From an uncultured Ectothiorhodospiraceae bacterium (GTDB lineage Bacteria; Pseudomonadota; Gammaproteobacteria; HK1), in the NCBI GenBank assembly GCA_964488985.1, contig CAZAWX010000002.1:1-54033 (forward strand): a stretch of DNA of 54,033 nt, given 5' to 3'. The notes under the pieces were generated by a model, which searched no databases, was not told the origin of the DNA, and was given only the letters and a program-made list of their open reading frames with translations. How positions within the stretch are numbered: the first letter of the stretch is position 1; every line of letters starts with the position of its first letter. This document shows, one piece after another, positions 34,307 to 43,603 of the stretch. A program made the translations under genes and the position numbers.

Positions 34307-35765
34307 AACGCAAAAGCATTTGTTATCGGCAATCGAACCGGATGCAAGTCGAGTTCCGGCCCGTTGGATACGCAGTATGCAAAGGATCCATTTCGTCGGA
34401 ATAGGCGGTGCTGGCATGGGCGGAATCGCCGAGGTGCTGGTGAACCTTGGGTTCCATATATCCGGATCTGACCGGCGCACGAATGCCATGGTCAAACGTC
34501 TTGAAACTCAGGGTGTTGAGATCACTATCGGACATGCTGCACAGTGCATCAAAGGCGCCAGCTTATTGGTACGGTCCAGTGCCATAGACGATGACAATCC
34601 AGAGCTTGTCGAGGCGCGGCGTTTGCATATTCCGATCGTACCCCGTGCACAAATGTTGGCGGAACTCATGCGTTTGCGTGCAGGAATTGCAATTGCCGGA
34701 ACACACGGTAAGACCACGACCACTAGTTTGGTCGCGTGCCTGCTTGCGGAAGGCGGACTCGACCCCACCTATGTGGTCGGGGGCCTGGTTACGGCCAGTG
34801 GTGTCAACGCCAGACTGGGCAAGGGCCGCTATCTGGTCGCGGAAGCCGATGAAAGTGATGCATCATTTCTGCTCCTGCAACCGGTGCTGGCCGTGGTTAC
34901 AAATATTGACTCGGATCATCTGGAGACCTACGGTGGAAACTTCAGTAATCTGCAACAGGCCTTTGTCGATTTTCTTCATCATTTACCCTTTTATGGCCAT
35001 GCGGTGCTGTGTCTGGACGACCAGCATATAAAGCAATTGCTGCCGCGAATCAGCAAGCAGATTCTCACCTACGGAATCGATTCCAAAGCGGATATTCGTG
35101 CCACTGATATCCGTGCCATGGGACCGCGCACTCAGTTTACGATTGTTGCCCAGGATGCGGAACCGCTTACCGTTACATTGAATTTGCCGGGTACACACAA
35201 TGTGCTAAATGCACTTGCAGCAGTTGCGGTTGCGCGTCTGGCCGGTGTCGGTGACAAGGCGGTACAACATGGGCTGGAATCGTTTCAAGGCATTGGCCGG
35301 CGTTTGCAGCAATTCGGGCGCCGTGTAACGCCTGCAGGAACCGTTTTACTCGTCGATGATTATGCTCATCACCCGACAGAATTGGGCGCTACCTTGGCGG
35401 CGGTACGAACTGCCTGGCCGCACTCGCGCATGGTCGTTGTGTTTCAGCCACATCGCTATACCCGGACGCGAGATTTGATGGATGATTTCGCTCTGCGCTT
35501 GTCTGGCATTGATGTGTTGGTGATATTGAATGTCTATCCAGCAGGCGAATCTCCTATTGCTGGTGCCGATAGCCGTAGCCTGTGCCGGGCAATACGTGCC
35601 CGTGGTCAATTGGAACCGGTGTTTTGTGAAGATTTGAAGTCTGTTCCAAATGTGCTGGAAAATCTCCTCCACGATGGTGACGTCGTATTGATAAGCGGCG
35701 CAGGTGATATTGGTACGGTACCGGGTGCGTTGTGTCAGCGCTGGCCTGCGGAGTTTGCGGCATGA
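34299..35765 (+). CDS. murC: UDP-MurNAc:L-Ala ligase
   Basis: ATG 34299 is preceded by GAGGTG. IHFVGIGGAGMGGIAEVL and P-loop AGTHGKTTTT are present. 488 aa. It overlaps the murG stop by 8 nt. Confidence 0.93.
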   Translation: MPKTQKHLLSAIEPDASRVPARWIRSMQRIHFVGIGGAGMGGIAEVLVNLGFHISGSDRRTNAMVKRLETQGVEITIGHAAQCIKGASLLVRSSAIDDDNPELVEARRLHIPIVPRAQMLAELMRLRAGIAIAGTHGKTTTTSLVACLLAEGGLDPTYVVGGLVTASGVNARLGKGRYLVAEADESDASFLLLQPVLAVVTNIDSDHLETYGGNFSNLQQAFVDFLHHLPFYGHAVLCLDDQHIKQLLPRISKQILTYGIDSKADIRATDIRAMGPRTQFTIVAQDAEPLTVTLNLPGTHNVLNALAAVAVARLAGVGDKAVQHGLESFQGIGRRLQQFGRRVTPAGTVLLVDDYAHHPTELGATLAAVRTAWPHSRMVVVFQPHRYTRTRDLMDDFALRLSGIDVLVILNVYPAGESPIAGADSRSLCRAIRARGQLEPVFCEDLKSVPNVLENLLHDGDVVLISGAGDIGTVPGALCQRWPAEFAA

Positions 35766-36664
35766 ATTGCGTAAAAAAATCACCAACACCCTGGTGTGGT
35801 GAACTACTGCGCGACGAATCCTTGTCGAAGCACACGGTATGGGGTATAGGCGGGCCTGCGGATTACCTCTACAAGCCTGCCGACTTGGATGATTTATGTT
35901 TATTTCTTGCTGATTTTCCAGCAGATGCCCCTCTGTACTGGTTAGGGTTAGGTTCGAATCTACTCATCCGTGATGCGGGTATTCGGGGCACGGTAATACA
36001 TACCGCCGGTTGTTTGAAGCAATTATTGCAACTAAGTACAAACACAGTTATGGCGCAAGCTGGAGTGGCTTGTGCAAAAGTGGCAAAGTTTTGTGCTCGC
36101 AGACAATTGAGTGATTGTGAGTTCTTTGCCGGGATCCCGGGAACAGTTGGCGGTGCATTGGCGATGAATGCAGGTGCCTTCGGCGGGGAAACGTATCGAA
36201 TTGTAAACAGGGTGGAAACTTTAAGTCGGCGTGGACAACGCCTCTGGCGTCCGGGTTCTGCTTTCAATCCCGGTTACCGGCATGTCGAAATTCCTGTCGA
36301 TGAATGGTTCATCGCGGCTGAATTCAAACTCGGAACGTCAGTTTCCACAGATACCGCTCTGCGTATCCGGGAGTTATTGCGTAAACGTGCTGCAACACAA
36401 CCCACGGGCGTGCGCAGTTGTGGCTCTGTTTTTCGCAATCCCACAGGGGATCATGCGGCCCGTCTGATCGAGGCCAGCGGGCTTAAGGGTTATCGAATAG
36501 GCGCCGCACAGGTATCAACAAAGCATGCAAATTTCATCATCAACACCGGGGGCGCCAGAGCCAGTGATGTTGAATGCCTCATCAAGCACATTATAAAGCA
36601 AGTTGCAGATCTGCATGGCATCCGCTTGCAACCCGAAGTTTGTATTGTTGGTGAATCGTCATGA
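35762..36664 (+). CDS. murB: UDP-N-acetylenolpyruvoylglucosamine reductase
   Basis: ATG 35762 overlaps the murC stop (ATGA). FAD-binding region with GLGSNLL, and the C-terminal motifs GS.F.NP and VS.KHANF. About 300 aa, the short MurB class. Confidence 0.9.
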   Translation: MNCVKKSPTPWCGELLRDESLSKHTVWGIGGPADYLYKPADLDDLCLFLADFPADAPLYWLGLGSNLLIRDAGIRGTVIHTAGCLKQLLQLSTNTVMAQAGVACAKVAKFCARRQLSDCEFFAGIPGTVGGALAMNAGAFGGETYRIVNRVETLSRRGQRLWRPGSAFNPGYRHVEIPVDEWFIAAEFKLGTSVSTDTALRIRELLRKRAATQPTGVRSCGSVFRNPTGDHAARLIEASGLKGYRIGAAQVSTKHANFIINTGGARASDVECLIKHIIKQVADLHGIRLQPEVCIVGESS

Positions 36665-37596
36665 CCGGTGTATTGGCGAAACGGCCTGTAACCGATTTTG
36701 GTCATGTTGCTGTTATGTATGGTGGCGATTCCGCAGAGCGTGAGGTCTCGTTGCAAAGCGGTGCGGCAGTTCTCAAAGCACTTGGCGATGCTGGAGTGAA
36801 CGTAACGGGTATAACTCGCCGTGAAGAATTTATTCCGCGCCTGAGTACGGAAGGGTTTGATCGGGTTTTTATCATCCTGCATGGTCGTGGCGGTGAAGAC
36901 GGGACACTTCAAGGAACGTTGGAATCCCTCGCCATCCCCTATACCGGCAGCAACGTTTTGGGCTCGGCTCTGAGTATGGATAAGTATAGATGTAAACTTG
37001 TCTGGCAAGCGCTGGGTATCCCGACACCGGACTTCTTCCTGGTGCGTAGTGAAGATGATTTGGCAATCGCCGCCAAGACGGTGGGGTTCCCGTGTTTTGT
37101 AAAACCTGTGCACGAGGGGTCAAGCATCGGCATGGCCGAGGCATTGAACTTCGAGCAGCTTACAAGCGCCTGGATTAATGCCAGCCGCTACGATGAAGAT
37201 GTGTTGGTGGAACAAAAAATTAAAGGGCCTGAATATACAGTCAGCCTGCTTGCCGATAGAGTTTTACCGGTAATTAGGCTTGAGGCGGCCCGTGCCTTTT
37301 ATGATTACGAGGCTAAATATGCCCCGCAAACACAAACACGTTATCACTGCCCATGCGGTCTTGATGCGGTCTCTGAACGCCGACTCGGCACACTTTGCCA
37401 ACGAGCATTTCGTAGTATAGGGGGAAGTGGCTGGGGGCGAATTGATGTGTTGTATGACAACGAAGGCCAAGCCTATCTCATAGATGCCAATACAGCCCCC
37501 GGTATGACTGAACATTCTTTGGTGCCAATGGCGGCTAGACAAGCTGGTATGGATTTTCAGGACTTGGTACTCGAAATCCTGGAGACAACGCTGTGA
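36661..37596 (+). CDS. ddl: D-alanine--D-alanine ligase
   Basis: ATGA overlap with murB. ATP-grasp protein with GG.SAEREVSL.SG, LHGRGGEDGT.QG and EANT.PGMT-like (DANTAPGMTEHS) motifs. Confidence 0.93.
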   Translation: MTGVLAKRPVTDFGHVAVMYGGDSAEREVSLQSGAAVLKALGDAGVNVTGITRREEFIPRLSTEGFDRVFIILHGRGGEDGTLQGTLESLAIPYTGSNVLGSALSMDKYRCKLVWQALGIPTPDFFLVRSEDDLAIAAKTVGFPCFVKPVHEGSSIGMAEALNFEQLTSAWINASRYDEDVLVEQKIKGPEYTVSLLADRVLPVIRLEAARAFYDYEAKYAPQTQTRYHCPCGLDAVSERRLGTLCQRAFRSIGGSGWGRIDVLYDNEGQAYLIDANTAPGMTEHSLVPMAARQAGMDFQDLVLEILETTL

Positions 37597-38306
37597 TAAC
37601 GCGCTTACTTAAATGGATTGCGGTTTTGGCGATGTTGATGGCCACGCTGGTGATTATTATTCCTTCGGTCCGTGATTTTTATACTCGCCCAGTACGGTCC
37701 GTACGTATTATCGGTGAATTTGAACACGTCAATCGTGATGCCCTGCGCAAGGCAATTGATGAAGCATTACAGATGGGATTTTATAACATCGATGTTGATG
37801 CGGTGCGTACGGATGCACAACGGCTGCCCTGGGTGCGTGATGTGACTGTGCAACGGGTGTGGCCTGACAGTTTAGCTATTACGGTGACTGAACGGCAAGC
37901 TGTTGCACGTTGGAATTTTACTGCATTACTCGAAAATGATGGCAGTGTGTTTCAACCCGAAGGTGATCTTAAAAAATATAAATATACACAGTTAAGTGGA
38001 CCATCCGGAAAGCAATTATTAATGCTGGAACAATACAAACGACTTGCTACGGCATTTGGCACACTGGCGGGTGGGATTGTTCGTGTGAGTCTATCCAAAC
38101 AAGGGCAGTGGCAGATTAAGTTTGGTAACGGACTCATATTGGTTCCTGGTATGGATTTAGATGTCGCTGTGCTGAAAGTGTTTGCAAGCACTGTGTCTCG
38201 AGTGATGGGAGAGGATTTAGTGCGTGCCAGGCGTATTGATATGCGTTATGCAAATGGTTTTGCGGTGCGTTGGCGTACGCCGGGCACAGAGGAGGACAAG
38301 GGGTGA
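37593..38306 (+). CDS. ftsQ: Cell division protein FtsQ
   Basis: GTGA overlap with ddl. N-terminal TM helix and a POTRA region (LPWVRDVTVQRVWPDSLAITVTERQAVARW). 237 aa. Confidence 0.88.
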   Translation: MITRLLKWIAVLAMLMATLVIIIPSVRDFYTRPVRSVRIIGEFEHVNRDALRKAIDEALQMGFYNIDVDAVRTDAQRLPWVRDVTVQRVWPDSLAITVTERQAVARWNFTALLENDGSVFQPEGDLKKYKYTQLSGPSGKQLLMLEQYKRLATAFGTLAGGIVRVSLSKQGQWQIKFGNGLILVPGMDLDVAVLKVFASTVSRVMGEDLVRARRIDMRYANGFAVRWRTPGTEEDKG

Positions 38307-39535
38307 AGAAGATTGATCGCAAATTAATCGTAGGCTTGGATATTGGCACATCAAAGATCTGCGCAATTGTAGCGGAAATCAGTGAGGATGATGAAATTGA
38401 AATCATCGGTGTAGGTTTTCATCGCTCGCGAGGATTGAAAAAAGGCATGGTTGTCAACATCGAGTCCACTGTGCAGTCTATTCAGCGTGCCGTGGAAGAA
38501 GCCGAACTCATGGCGGGTTGCCAGATCCATTCTGTATTTGCAGGAATTGCAGGTAGCCATGTTCGCAGTCTCAACTCCCACGGTATTGTCGCTATACGCG
38601 ATAAAGAGGTGGTTGGCAGTGATGTTGAGCGTGTGATCGATGCAGCCAGCGCCGTGGCAATCCCAGCAGATCAAAAAATTCTCCACATCCTGCCGCAGGA
38701 ATTTATTATCGATAACCAGGAAGGTATTCGTGATCCTGTGGGAATGTCAGGAGTGCGGCTGGAAGCGCGGGTTCATATGGTTACCGGGGCGGTCAATGCG
38801 GCACAAAATATCATCAAATGTGTCCGCCGCTGCGGGTTGGAAGTCGACGATGTGATTCTTGAACAACTGGCATCATCCGAATCGGTGTTGGTGGAAGACG
38901 AAAAGGACTTAGGTGTATGCCTGGTAGATATTGGTGGTGGTACCACCGATATCGCTATCTTTACCGAGGGTTCAATTCGGCATACTGCGGTAATTCCGAT
39001 TGCCGGGAATCAAGTCACCAATGACATCGCAGTGGCCCTGCGTACTCCAACACAGAGCGCGGAAGATATCAAAATTAAGTACGCCTGTGCATTGGCACAG
39101 TTGGCTGCGGCCGACGAGACCATTGAGGTTCCGGGTGTGGGGGAGCGACCGCCGCGGCGCCTGGCAAGACAGACCCTGGCGGAAGTCGTGGAACCGCGCT
39201 ACGAAGAACTCATGGTGTTGATACAGAACGAATTGCGCCGCTCCGGGTTTGAGGATTTGGTGGCAGCGGGAATGGTATTGACCGGAGGCAGTTCAAAGAT
39301 GGAGGGCCTGGTGGAGTTAGCCGAGGAGATCCTGCACATGCCGGTTCGTCTGGGCTCGCCTCACGATATATCCGGCCTCGGTGATGTGGTGCGTAACCCA
39401 ATCTACTCAACAGGGGTAGGCCTGTTGATGTTCGGCCATCGCAACATTAGCAAGCGCAACCCGGAGGCGCTCACGGGCAACAACTTGAGCACGATTTGGG
39501 AACGAATGAAAAGTTGGTTTCAAGGTAATTTTTAG
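38303..39535 (+). CDS. ftsA: Cell division protein FtsA
   Basis: GTG 38303 is preceded by GAGGAGGA and overlaps the ftsQ stop (GTGA). DRKLIVGLDIGTSKICAIVAEI matches E. coli FtsA (DRKLVVGLEIGTAKVAALVGEV). 410 aa. Confidence 0.94.
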   Translation: MKKIDRKLIVGLDIGTSKICAIVAEISEDDEIEIIGVGFHRSRGLKKGMVVNIESTVQSIQRAVEEAELMAGCQIHSVFAGIAGSHVRSLNSHGIVAIRDKEVVGSDVERVIDAASAVAIPADQKILHILPQEFIIDNQEGIRDPVGMSGVRLEARVHMVTGAVNAAQNIIKCVRRCGLEVDDVILEQLASSESVLVEDEKDLGVCLVDIGGGTTDIAIFTEGSIRHTAVIPIAGNQVTNDIAVALRTPTQSAEDIKIKYACALAQLAAADETIEVPGVGERPPRRLARQTLAEVVEPRYEELMVLIQNELRRSGFEDLVAAGMVLTGGSSKMEGLVELAEEILHMPVRLGSPHDISGLGDVVRNPIYSTGVGLLMFGHRNISKRNPEALTGNNLSTIWERMKSWFQGNF

Positions 39536-39564
39536 TGTGTTGATCTCGTATCACGAGGAGGGGA

Positions 39565-40722
39565 ATGATGTTTGAATTAATGGAATCTCACAGTCAGAGT
39601 AATGCGGTAATTCGTGTCATTGGCATTGGTGGCGGGGGCGGAAATGCGCTTGAGCATATGCTGTCCAACAAGGTTGAGGGCGTTGAATTCGTGTGTGCCA
39701 ATACCGATGCCCAGGCACTCAAAGCGTCAACGGCCCATGCCAAACTTCAGCTGGGCAATAATGTCACCAAAGGTCTGGGGGCAGGTGCAGATCCGGAAAT
39801 CGGTCGCCAGGCGGCACTCGAGGATCGAGATCGGATCCAGGAAATTCTGGAGGGCTCGGACATGATCTTTATCACCGCCGGCATGGGTGGCGGAACGGGT
39901 ACAGGCGCATCACCTATCGTGGCCCAATTGGCCAAGGAAATGGGGATCCTGACGGTTGCTGTGGTAACCAAACCTTTTCCCTTTGAATTGAAGCGGCGCA
40001 TGACCCATGCCGAGGAAGGGATCGAGGCACTGTCAGAGCATGTAGACTCGCTGATTACCGTACCGAACGAAAAATTGTTGTCCGTATTGGGCCGTGGTGT
40101 TAGTTTGCGTGATGCCTTCGGTGCTGCCAACGAGGTGCTGCTCGGTGCTGTACAGGGAATTGCTGAATTGATCACCCGTCCGGGCATGATCAATGTTGAT
40201 TTCGCTGATGTGCGAACCGTGATGTCAGAAAAAGGCCGGGCCATGATGGGCTCCGGGCGAGCAACCGGGGAAGATCGGGCCATCCGCGCCGCTGAAGCTG
40301 CAATTGCCTGCCCGCTGCTGGAAAATGTCAATCTGGCCGGTGCAAGGGGAATACTGGTCAATGTCACTGCTGGCCCTGATATGGGGATGGATGAATTTGC
40401 CGCTGTCGGTGAGGCCATTGGCGAATTTGCCTCTGACAATGCCTTGGTGGTGATGGGGACGGCTTCTGATGACACCCTTACGGACGAACTACGGGTTACC
40501 GTGGTGGCGACTGGCCTGGACTCGGTAGAATACAAACACAGTCGTGATGAGGTGTTGCGGGTTGTACGCACTGCCGATGGTGAAGTTGATTATCGCGGAA
40601 TGGATACCCCGACAGTCGTTCGAAATCGGCCCCAGGTTGAACCTATGCGCACTGCGGCAGCATTGGCCGAAGATCCGGATTACCTGGATATTCCTGCATT
40701 TCTACGCCGCCAGGCGGATTAG
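39565..40722 (+). CDS. ftsZ: Cell division GTPase FtsZ
   Basis: RBS GAGGAGGGG. The tubulin signature GMGGGTGTGA is present, along with NTDAQAL and the C-terminal peptide DYLDIPAFLRRQAD. 385 aa. Confidence 0.97.
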   Translation: MMFELMESHSQSNAVIRVIGIGGGGGNALEHMLSNKVEGVEFVCANTDAQALKASTAHAKLQLGNNVTKGLGAGADPEIGRQAALEDRDRIQEILEGSDMIFITAGMGGGTGTGASPIVAQLAKEMGILTVAVVTKPFPFELKRRMTHAEEGIEALSEHVDSLITVPNEKLLSVLGRGVSLRDAFGAANEVLLGAVQGIAELITRPGMINVDFADVRTVMSEKGRAMMGSGRATGEDRAIRAAEAAIACPLLENVNLAGARGILVNVTAGPDMGMDEFAAVGEAIGEFASDNALVVMGTASDDTLTDELRVTVVATGLDSVEYKHSRDEVLRVVRTADGEVDYRGMDTPTVVRNRPQVEPMRTAAALAEDPDYLDIPAFLRRQAD

Positions 40723-40754
40723 CGATGAGTGCAAAGCCAAGCCTGTCGAGACGG

Positions 40755-40791
40755 AACACGGTTTGCGGTCAATGATGCCGCAAACCGTGTT
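40755..40791 (+). terminator. Strong hairpin downstream of ftsZ (putative terminator)
   Basis: AACACGGTTTGCGG (40755-40768) pairs perfectly with CCGCAAACCGTGTT (40778-40791) across a 9-nt loop, and is followed by only a short T stretch. A second 8-bp hairpin, GGCCGTGA/TCACGGCC, lies at 40821-40841. Confidence 0.5.
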
Positions 40792-40909
40792 TGCAAGTGA
40801 ATTTGCGATTCATGCCGGTCGGCCGTGACATCATCACGGCCATAGAACGAGGCCAAAACCGGTCGTTGCACGCCGGTTCGTGGCGGGGATACCTGTGTTA
40901 GCCTGCAGG

Positions 40910-41674
40910 TTAGGGTTTGGCCGCTTTGTGGAATCCCACCAGGCCTCCCAACAGAGTTCTGCTGGTGACGTTCTTAAAGCCCAGATGTATGAGCAGGTCA
41001 GTCAATTCGTCTACCGAATAAAACAGCCGCAAGGCGTCGATGAAATATGACCGGGTGTCAAATATATTTTTACCGCTCTTGAATATCCAACCGGTCACTG
41101 TCAGGGAGACGCGCAGGTAGGCATAGTGAAGAACTTCAACAAAACGGCTACCCGGGCGCAGCATGTCACAATGGTAAAAATGGCCGCCAGGCTTGAGAAC
41201 CCGTTGAATTTCAGCAAAAACATCAACCACACGCAGGTGTCTGGAGGCGTATTGCAATGTGACGACATCAAAATGATTGTCGGGATACGGCAAGCGGTGC
41301 ACATCGGCGATGGTGCTATCGATATGATAACCACGCTGTTCTGCATACTGGCGACCGACGTCCTGCATGGCAACGCTTCGATCAATGGCGCTGACATTCA
41401 AATCGGGTTGTTTTTTGATCATCGCCATACCGATGGCGTTGGTGCCAGCACAAACATCCAGTGCAGTCTGGTTTGGTTTTAATTCAATAGTATTGAGAAA
41501 TTCCTCACGGATTTTTTCCAATAATCCCATACTCGCAACATTATTTGCCGTGTCGTAATAACTGGCCACACCGGCGAAAACATCATCAAGTTCTTCAGTC
41601 CATATTTGTTGAAATGCACTTTCACGCACATCATCACGTTCCGAAAAATCAATATGGCGGACTCGCGTATCCAT
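40910..41674 (-). CDS. Class I SAM-dependent methyltransferase, UbiE/MenG-like
   Basis: The architecture parallels UbiE: YD..N...S.G.....R.., SAM motif I LDVCAGTNAIG, LPYPDNHFDVVTLQYASRHL and RVLKPGGHF. I preferred ATG 41674, with AAGGA about 9 nt upstream, over the TTG ORF start at 41692. It is on the opposite strand to the flanking ftsZ and lpxC. Confidence 0.8.
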   Translation of the reverse strand: MDTRVRHIDFSERDDVRESAFQQIWTEELDDVFAGVASYYDTANNVASMGLLEKIREEFLNTIELKPNQTALDVCAGTNAIGMAMIKKQPDLNVSAIDRSVAMQDVGRQYAEQRGYHIDSTIADVHRLPYPDNHFDVVTLQYASRHLRVVDVFAEIQRVLKPGGHFYHCDMLRPGSRFVEVLHYAYLRVSLTVTGWIFKSGKNIFDTRSYFIDALRLFYSVDELTDLLIHLGFKNVTSRTLLGGLVGFHKAAKP

Positions 41675-42016
41675 GAATTTGGTCCTTAACAAGCAAAAGA
41701 GCTGGAAATACCCGAAAATGGGGTTAGAACCCCGCAGGTCATCCTGTTAAAAATACCCAGCATCCTTGCAACGGCTTGATGGGTACTGATTTCCCGACCG
41801 ACGCGATCTTATTTGATTTTTCCTGCAAATACACTGATCTGGATTGTAGTTCTACATGAAGTTTTAAGGGAGTACGGGAATTACAGCATAGGGTCTGTTC
41901 AATGGTGGCTCGCCTGTAGCGCGCAGGCCGCTTTAAAACGGTTTTTGCAGCGTTTTCAGGAGCGCTGAGTTGACCCAGATCAAAATAACCCGTAGATGTG
42001 GTTCATGTAACACGAT

Positions 42017-42047
42017 GGGTAGAGTAGTAGTGGGTAAGAGTAGTAGT
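42017..42047 (+). repeat. Tandem 15/16-nt direct repeat upstream of lpxC
   Basis: GGGTAGAGTAGTAGT (42017-42031) is immediately followed by GGGTAAGAGTAGTAGT (42032-42047). The repeat lies 107-137 nt upstream of the lpxC ATG. Confidence 0.85.
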
Positions 42048-42153
42048 CGCCTGAAGGCCAACCCTATGCTATCATCCGCGCGGAAAATAAGCCGAAGAGC
42101 TATGTCTTGAAGGCATCACAACCGTATTTGGTATCTGAGGGGAACTCTTAAGC

Positions 42154-43068
42154 ATGATTCATCAGCGCACGCTGAAGAACGTCATTCGTGCGACTGGCGT
42201 GGGTCTGCATACCGGCGAAAAAGTCTTTTTGACGCTACGTCCGGCCGCACCCAATACCGGTATTGTGTTTAGACGTGTGGATCTGGATGATCCGGTGGAA
42301 ATCAAGGCCCATCCTGAAAATGTGGGCGACACTACGCTGTCTACAACCCTGACCCGCGAGGGCGTACGGGTTTCCACCGTCGAGCACATGCTCTCTGCAT
42401 TGGCTGGCCTGGGCATCGACAATGCCTATATCGATCTGAGTTCCGCGGAAGTCCCAATCATGGACGGCAGCGCAGGCCCATTTGTGTTTTTGGTTCAATC
42501 TGCAGGGATTGAGGTGCAGAACGCTGCCAAGTGCTTTATTCGAATTAAAAAGCCAATTCGCATCGAAGAAGAGGATAAGTGGGCCACTTTTGAGCCATTT
42601 AACGGTTTCAAGGTGTCTTTTGGCATCGAGTTTGATCACCCGGTTTTCCAGGAATGCAGTAATTTCGCCACCGTGGATTTTTCCACTACTTCCTTCGTCA
42701 AAGAAGTCAGTCGGGCGCGTACTTTTGGATTTACCCGGGATCTGGAACGTTTAAGAGAGAATAACCTGGCCCTGGGCGGCAGTTTGGATAACGCGGTAGT
42801 GATCGATGATTACCGGATTCTTAATGAGGACGGACTGCGTTACGAGGACGAATTCGTCAAGCATAAAGTACTCGATGCCATCGGCGATCTGTACCTTTTA
42901 GGTCATTCTCTAATTGGTGCATTCAGTGGTTATAAATCAGGACATGCGCTGAATAACAAACTGCTGCGTGCCTTGCTCGCCGATGGAGATGCCTGGGAGA
43001 TGGTGACCTTCGATGATCCGGCCCAGGTACCGATAATTTTCATTCAGCCGGCTTCTGCGGCGGGTTGA
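42154..43068 (+). CDS. lpxC: UDP-3-O-acyl-GlcNAc deacetylase
   Basis: [52 protein letters not shown] and [12 protein letters not shown] motifs are present. 304 aa. Confidence 0.96.
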   Translation: MIHQRTLKNVIRATGVGLHTGEKVFLTLRPAAPNTGIVFRRVDLDDPVEIKAHPENVGDTTLSTTLTREGVRVSTVEHMLSALAGLGIDNAYIDLSSAEVPIMDGSAGPFVFLVQSAGIEVQNAAKCFIRIKKPIRIEEEDKWATFEPFNGFKVSFGIEFDHPVFQECSNFATVDFSTTSFVKEVSRARTFGFTRDLERLRENNLALGGSLDNAVVIDDYRILNEDGLRYEDEFVKHKVLDAIGDLYLLGHSLIGAFSGYKSGHALNNKLLRALLADGDAWEMVTFDDPAQVPIIFIQPASAAG

Positions 43069-43074
43069 CGCAGT

Positions 43075-43602
43075 TCAGGAGGAACTGCCTCGCTGGCCAA
43101 GGCGACGCAGTTGCTCAGCCAAATCAGAGTTATCCAGCTCATTTGCTACCTGTAGCAACAGTTTTGCGGATCGTTCGGAAATGAATTTGCCTTGATGTTC
43201 GGATGTTTCGTGGATTGTGGCGCGAGTCTCGGCTGGGCGAACGATGATACGGGTGTCATGGATATTTGTGAGTTCACCATGCTGGTGCAGGAACTCAATA
43301 ATGGTCGGGGCAAGATAACGTATGCGGTGGCCCCAGACGGGTGAATCGGCAACCAGCACCAGTTGCGGATTGCCGCGCTGCAGATTGGAGTTGTGGGGTT
43401 GTTCATCATGGACCGAGGCAATTTGGATATGTTCCAATACCGGGGCATCCAGACAGTCGGCCAGTAGTGCGTTGAGGTGTTGCAGCCGGTGTATCTTGCG
43501 TTTCAGTTCGGCAAGAACTGAATTGCTTTGATTCAGCACATCGCTTAACCGGCGTGGCTGGGCAATGTTTGATTTGGAATGTTTGGAATAGGACGAGGTC
43601 AC
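43075..43602 (-). CDS. DUF721 family protein (DciA-like)
   Basis: 175 aa with a GTG start. The pattern LVLVADSPVWGHRIRYLAPTIIEFL, followed by a low-complexity linker and a C-terminal helical segment (SERSAKLLLQVANELDNSDLAEQLRRL), fits DUF721 as I recall it. It lies between lpxC and secA, the same position as the DUF721 gene in pseudomonads. The call is from memory. Confidence 0.55.
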   Translation of the reverse strand: MTSSYSKHSKSNIAQPRRLSDVLNQSNSVLAELKRKIHRLQHLNALLADCLDAPVLEHIQIASVHDEQPHNSNLQRGNPQLVLVADSPVWGHRIRYLAPTIIEFLHQHGELTNIHDTRIIVRPAETRATIHETSEHQGKFISERSAKLLLQVANELDNSDLAEQLRRLGQRGSSS

Positions 43603-43603
43603 C

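Noticed and set aside
39747-40571. A 274-aa ORF antisense to ftsZ, and similar long antisense ORFs at 3965-4540, 10446-10985, 36490-37113, 45858-46373 and 46354-46890
   Set aside because: Each lies fully inside a strongly supported conserved gene on the other strand. Each also has the Ser/Arg/Pro/Ala-rich composition typical of antisense frames of coding DNA.
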